Below are positions 61,051 through 64,000 of a stretch of 64,000 nucleotides of DNA, in pieces. Source of the stretch: a virus; the IMG/VR virus record IMGVR_UViG_3300043122_000207, positions 32,001 through 96,000 of that record. One strand, 5' to 3'. Positions within the stretch are counted from its first letter, which is position 1, and each line of letters opens with the position of its first letter. The position numbers and the translations under genes are program-made. The notes below the pieces were generated by a model. The model did not search any database and was not told the DNA's origin. It was given only the letters and a program-made list of their open reading frames with translations.

Positions 61051-61073
61051 TTAAGAAATCGACACAATATAAA

Positions 61074-61102
61074 GGTGGGGTTTGTAACCCCACCCTTTAT
61101 TT
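61074..61102 (+). terminator. Intrinsic terminator
   Basis: GGTGGGG/CCCCACC stem. Confidence 0.75.
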
Positions 61103-61170
61103 ACGTTTTGAAAGGCTAATCAACAATTCGTTTAGAGAACTAATAAAAATAAAAGAAGGAGGTAAATAAC

Positions 61171-61749
61171 TTGAACGAGAATGCTTATAGAAAAATAGTT
61201 GGTAGAAAACCCCATAATGACATCATTAGGGTTTTGATTATACCAGGACATAGTATAGACAAACCTGGTGCATATAATGATAAGTTGGGTATTAGTGAAC
61301 ACGATGTAGTGATGGATATAGCAACCAAAATGTTAAAGAAAGAAAAAGACAAGTCATTAAGTCTCATATTGACTTCAAGAAATTCTTATTCTAAATTACC
61401 TGATGAATTAAATTATTTAAGACCAGATTTTATTATTTCCTTACATCTTAATGCATTTAATTCCGAAGCACAGGGGACAGAAACCCTTTATTACGAGAAA
61501 TCCTCAGCCTCTGAACTATTAGCAGAATTAACACAAAAAGAACTCCTAAGACTAGGTTATAATGATAGAGGAATTAAAGCCAAAAAGAGATCTGATAGAG
61601 GTGGTCACATGTTGATAAACACAGCTAAACCTTGTGTTATTGTGGAACCATTTTTTATAGACTCTATAGAAACTGAAGAAGAAATGAATGAAAACGCTGA
61701 AATTGTAAGCGACCTATTGCTGAGTGCTATCTATAAAAACTTTACTTAA
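61171..61749 (+). CDS. N-acetylmuramoyl-L-alanine amidase (Amidase_3), endolysin
   Basis: IPGH, SEH, SLHLNA...GTE, IVEPFFID; late motif at 61122-61135. Confidence 0.92.
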   Translation: MNENAYRKIVGRKPHNDIIRVLIIPGHSIDKPGAYNDKLGISEHDVVMDIATKMLKKEKDKSLSLILTSRNSYSKLPDELNYLRPDFIISLHLNAFNSEAQGTETLYYEKSSASELLAELTQKELLRLGYNDRGIKAKKRSDRGGHMLINTAKPCVIVEPFFIDSIETEEEMNENAEIVSDLLLSAIYKNFT

Positions 61750-61779
61750 ATATCCCAATATAAAGAGGGGAGGTATAAT

Positions 61780-62139
61780 GTGGCCACAGCAGAAAAGATC
61801 CTTTCAAACGAAGGAATTTTGAAACTCTTTGGGAGTGCTGATATTATACCACTTACTTTATTTATTTTTTTTACAATTTTTATTTTTTTATTGGTGATAA
61901 TGTTAATAAATAATAGAAACCAACTTAAGATAAATAAAGAATGGTCTAATGCTATAAATGATCTTTCTTTAGCCATTAATCTTGATATGGAAAAAGACAA
62001 AAGCACTCTAAAGGAGATAGAAAAGACCAACGATAAATTAGACAAATTAAGCTTACAACTCGAAACACATAATAAACAAATGGAAGAAAATGGGGAAAAC
62101 CAAGCCACCAAAACTATTAATAAAGAGGGGGGCGATTAA
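61780..62139 (+). CDS. Single-pass membrane protein with coiled-coil tail (holin candidate)
   Basis: One long TM helix; directly after the endolysin. Confidence 0.55.
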   Translation: MATAEKILSNEGILKLFGSADIIPLTLFIFFTIFIFLLVIMLINNRNQLKINKEWSNAINDLSLAINLDMEKDKSTLKEIEKTNDKLDKLSLQLETHNKQMEENGENQATKTINKEGGD

Positions 62140-62145
62140 AGAAAA

Positions 62146-62415
62146 ATGCTTGAACTTATGATACTAACCCTAATCACGATACTGATGGGTATATCGTGGG
62201 TTTGGCTTTTTAACTTATCTCCATTTACAGTTTCACTAGCTATAAGTTCAGTCATATGGTTATTTACAACGACATTTGTTTCCATATTTTTTCTGATTTT
62301 CTTTTACACTGTTTTAAACGTGATTTATGGGTGGAAAAAAATGATGAATGAAAGAATAGCCATAATCAAAGAAACTGATGCACTTACTAAAAGAATAACT
62401 AAGGAGAATTTATAA
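62146..62415 (+). CDS. Multi-TM small membrane protein
   Basis: Two to three hydrophobic helices. Confidence 0.65.
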   Translation: MLELMILTLITILMGISWVWLFNLSPFTVSLAISSVIWLFTTTFVSIFFLIFFYTVLNVIYGWKKMMNERIAIIKETDALTKRITKENL

Positions 62416-62864
62416 TGAAATATAATCTCCTACTTTATTTACTTGTATCGGTCCCTGAGCAATTCGTCATAGTATACTTTGTAACAAAAAGACAGAATAA
62501 ATGGAATAGGTTGATCAAGGAAGATAAGCAGATTTTGGTTGGGCTAACATTCATTTTTTGTTTGTTTTATTTTCCTCTGTCAAATCTGGATATTCATTTA
62601 CAATTGCTATTAATAACACCTTTTATATTGAACACAATAATGCTTACCAATCTATTACACAGTTATTACGATGTAGAGGTATTAAAGACTGTAAGATCTA
62701 TAGTGCACATCTATGCCGTTAAAGCTTTATTTATAATGGTGAGCATCACAACTATAATAATATTCGATAAAGGTTTTACAACATTAAATATTTTAGGAAT
62801 AAGCTGGCTTGTTTATTTCCCATTACTAGTTACTTATGTTTATTATATTCGATTTCATAGATAA
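62415..62864 (+). CDS. Polytopic membrane protein
   Basis: About five hydrophobic helices. Confidence 0.7.
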   Translation: MKYNLLLYLLVSVPEQFVIVYFVTKRQNKWNRLIKEDKQILVGLTFIFCLFYFPLSNLDIHLQLLLITPFILNTIMLTNLLHSYYDVEVLKTVRSIVHIYAVKALFIMVSITTIIIFDKGFTTLNILGISWLVYFPLLVTYVYYIRFHR

Positions 62865-62867
62865 AAT

Positions 62868-62897
62868 GAGGAGGGTTAACACCCTCCCCTTATTTTT
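62868..62897. terminator. Terminator between convergent genes
   Basis: GAGGGT/ACCCTC stem. Confidence 0.65.
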
Positions 62898-63360
62898 ATT
62901 CTAAATTTTCAGAAACTATATCATACATCATAGAATATTTATTAACTGCTTCTTTGATCTTTACCATATCATCCAGATGTATATCATCTATTTCGATATG
63001 GTTTGTGTTGTTTTCTGATAATTTCACACCATCATTTTCGTCAATTTCTACTATTAGATGTCTGGATTCTGCGTTGTTGATATCCGCATCCAAAACGAAA
63101 CTTGTTTGTGATGCTTCATCTATAGTTCCATTTGCTTTTTCAATACTGGTTAATGAATGGTGTATATGTTTTCCTGTCTTGTGGATTTTATTTTTGATAT
63201 CGTGTTTTAATTCTTCTAAGTTATCTATATTAAAATCGTTTACATTTACAGGAATCGTTTCAAGTTCTTTTTTTGTTCCCTCTTTTATTAATCTGTCTTC
63301 TTTCTGGTTAAAATAAAGTTCTTTCTCATCTTCTGCGTTCAATACTAGATACATTTCCAT
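62896..63360 (-). CDS. Hypothetical protein
   Basis: ORF with GAAGGTG RBS. Confidence 0.75.
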   Translation of the reverse strand: MEMYLVLNAEDEKELYFNQKEDRLIKEGTKKELETIPVNVNDFNIDNLEELKHDIKNKIHKTGKHIHHSLTSIEKANGTIDEASQTSFVLDADINNAESRHLIVEIDENDGVKLSENNTNHIEIDDIHLDDMVKIKEAVNKYSMMYDIVSENLE

Positions 63361-63381
63361 TTTAAGGCACCTTCCCTATTT

Positions 63382-63999
63382 TTATAATTTCATATATTTT
63401 TCTAGTGGAGAAGGTGCTTCTTTACTGTCATCTTTAACGAGGGATACAGACATCATTGTCTTGGGATCTTCATATGTCATAGCCGCAAATGTGGACTGTT
63501 GGGCTACAAGATTTTTATAAGATAATAGAACATAGTCTTCTTTTCCTGTTGTGCGTAATGGTTTAGACGGATCTTTAGCATCTCTTATATAGTTTGCCAA
63601 TAATAATTCTATATCTCTTTCTGAAACATTTAATCTTTCATTTAAATTCATATTGTTTAATATGATATCAAGATACAAATCTGGATCTATTTTGTTCGTT
63701 AATTTTCCTGAGGACAGTAAATCAAACATCTTCTCCACATTAGTTATATCGGAGATAACTTTTTGTCCCATACAAAAGGGATGAGATTTTTGATGTTTCA
63801 TATCGTATTTTAAAGTGTATGTTCCTTCTTCTTTATTTCTTTCCACTTCCACTGGCTTAGTAGTAAAAACTGTTGCTAAAACCAATGCTCTCTCATCCAC
63901 TACTTTTTTGTTCTCATCTTCAACTATGATTAAAGGACCAAAACCAAAAATACTCATTATTTCTTTATCCTCTAATATGTTTTCTTCGTTCAATATCAT
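63382..63999 (-). CDS. RNAP beta' extreme C-terminal piece (putative virion RNAP; may be 5'-truncated)
   Basis: IELLLANYIRDAKDP..PLR and STFAAMTYEDP resemble the beta' C-terminal regions. Confidence 0.6.
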   Translation of the reverse strand: MILNEENILEDKEIMSIFGFGPLIIVEDENKKVVDERALVLATVFTTKPVEVERNKEEGTYTLKYDMKHQKSHPFCMGQKVISDITNVEKMFDLLSSGKLTNKIDPDLYLDIILNNMNLNERLNVSERDIELLLANYIRDAKDPSKPLRTTGKEDYVLLSYKNLVAQQSTFAAMTYEDPKTMMSVSLVKDDSKEAPSPLEKYMKL

Positions 64000-64000
64000 T

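Noticed and set aside
1-64000. CRISPR array, tRNA or rRNA genes, nuclear shell or tubulin genes
   Set aside because: No spaced direct repeats, cloverleafs or recognisable motifs were seen by eye; this says nothing about the rest of the genome.

Overview
An AT-rich 64 kb segment of a contractile-tailed jumbo phage of the AR9/PBS1 (phiKZ-related) type. The host is probably Clostridia, inferred from clostridial-looking dut and tmk genes and strong Firmicute RBSs. The window holds beta' pieces of two multisubunit RNA polymerases and both halves of a split family-B DNA polymerase. It also encodes portal, baseplate, fibre and tape-measure proteins, a GroEL-like chaperonin, an SF2 helicase, RusA, PhoH, dUTPase, dTMP kinase, ChaB and a lysis cassette. 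Four group I introns can be mapped to the nucleotide (P1/P10 pairing plus P/Q/R/S elements). They sit in catalytic motifs of the RNAP beta' and DNA polymerase genes, and three carry HNH genes. Two promoter classes recur in intergenic DNA: early TTATATATTAT and AR9-like late AACA-N6(7)-TR. The most notable observations are: (1) AR9-type late promoters (uracil-dependent in AR9) alongside a canonical dUTPase and dTMP kinase; (2) an intact GH13 alpha-amylase under a late promoter; (3) an antisense HNH gene whose putative promoter lies in the intron P9 hairpin; (4) two HNHs broken at the same Trp codon; (5) a GLUG-type beta-helix protein split over three genes; (6) an early YneA-like LysM membrane protein; (7) an orphan SSB-like protein. 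All family calls come from motif reading by eye; no database search was run.
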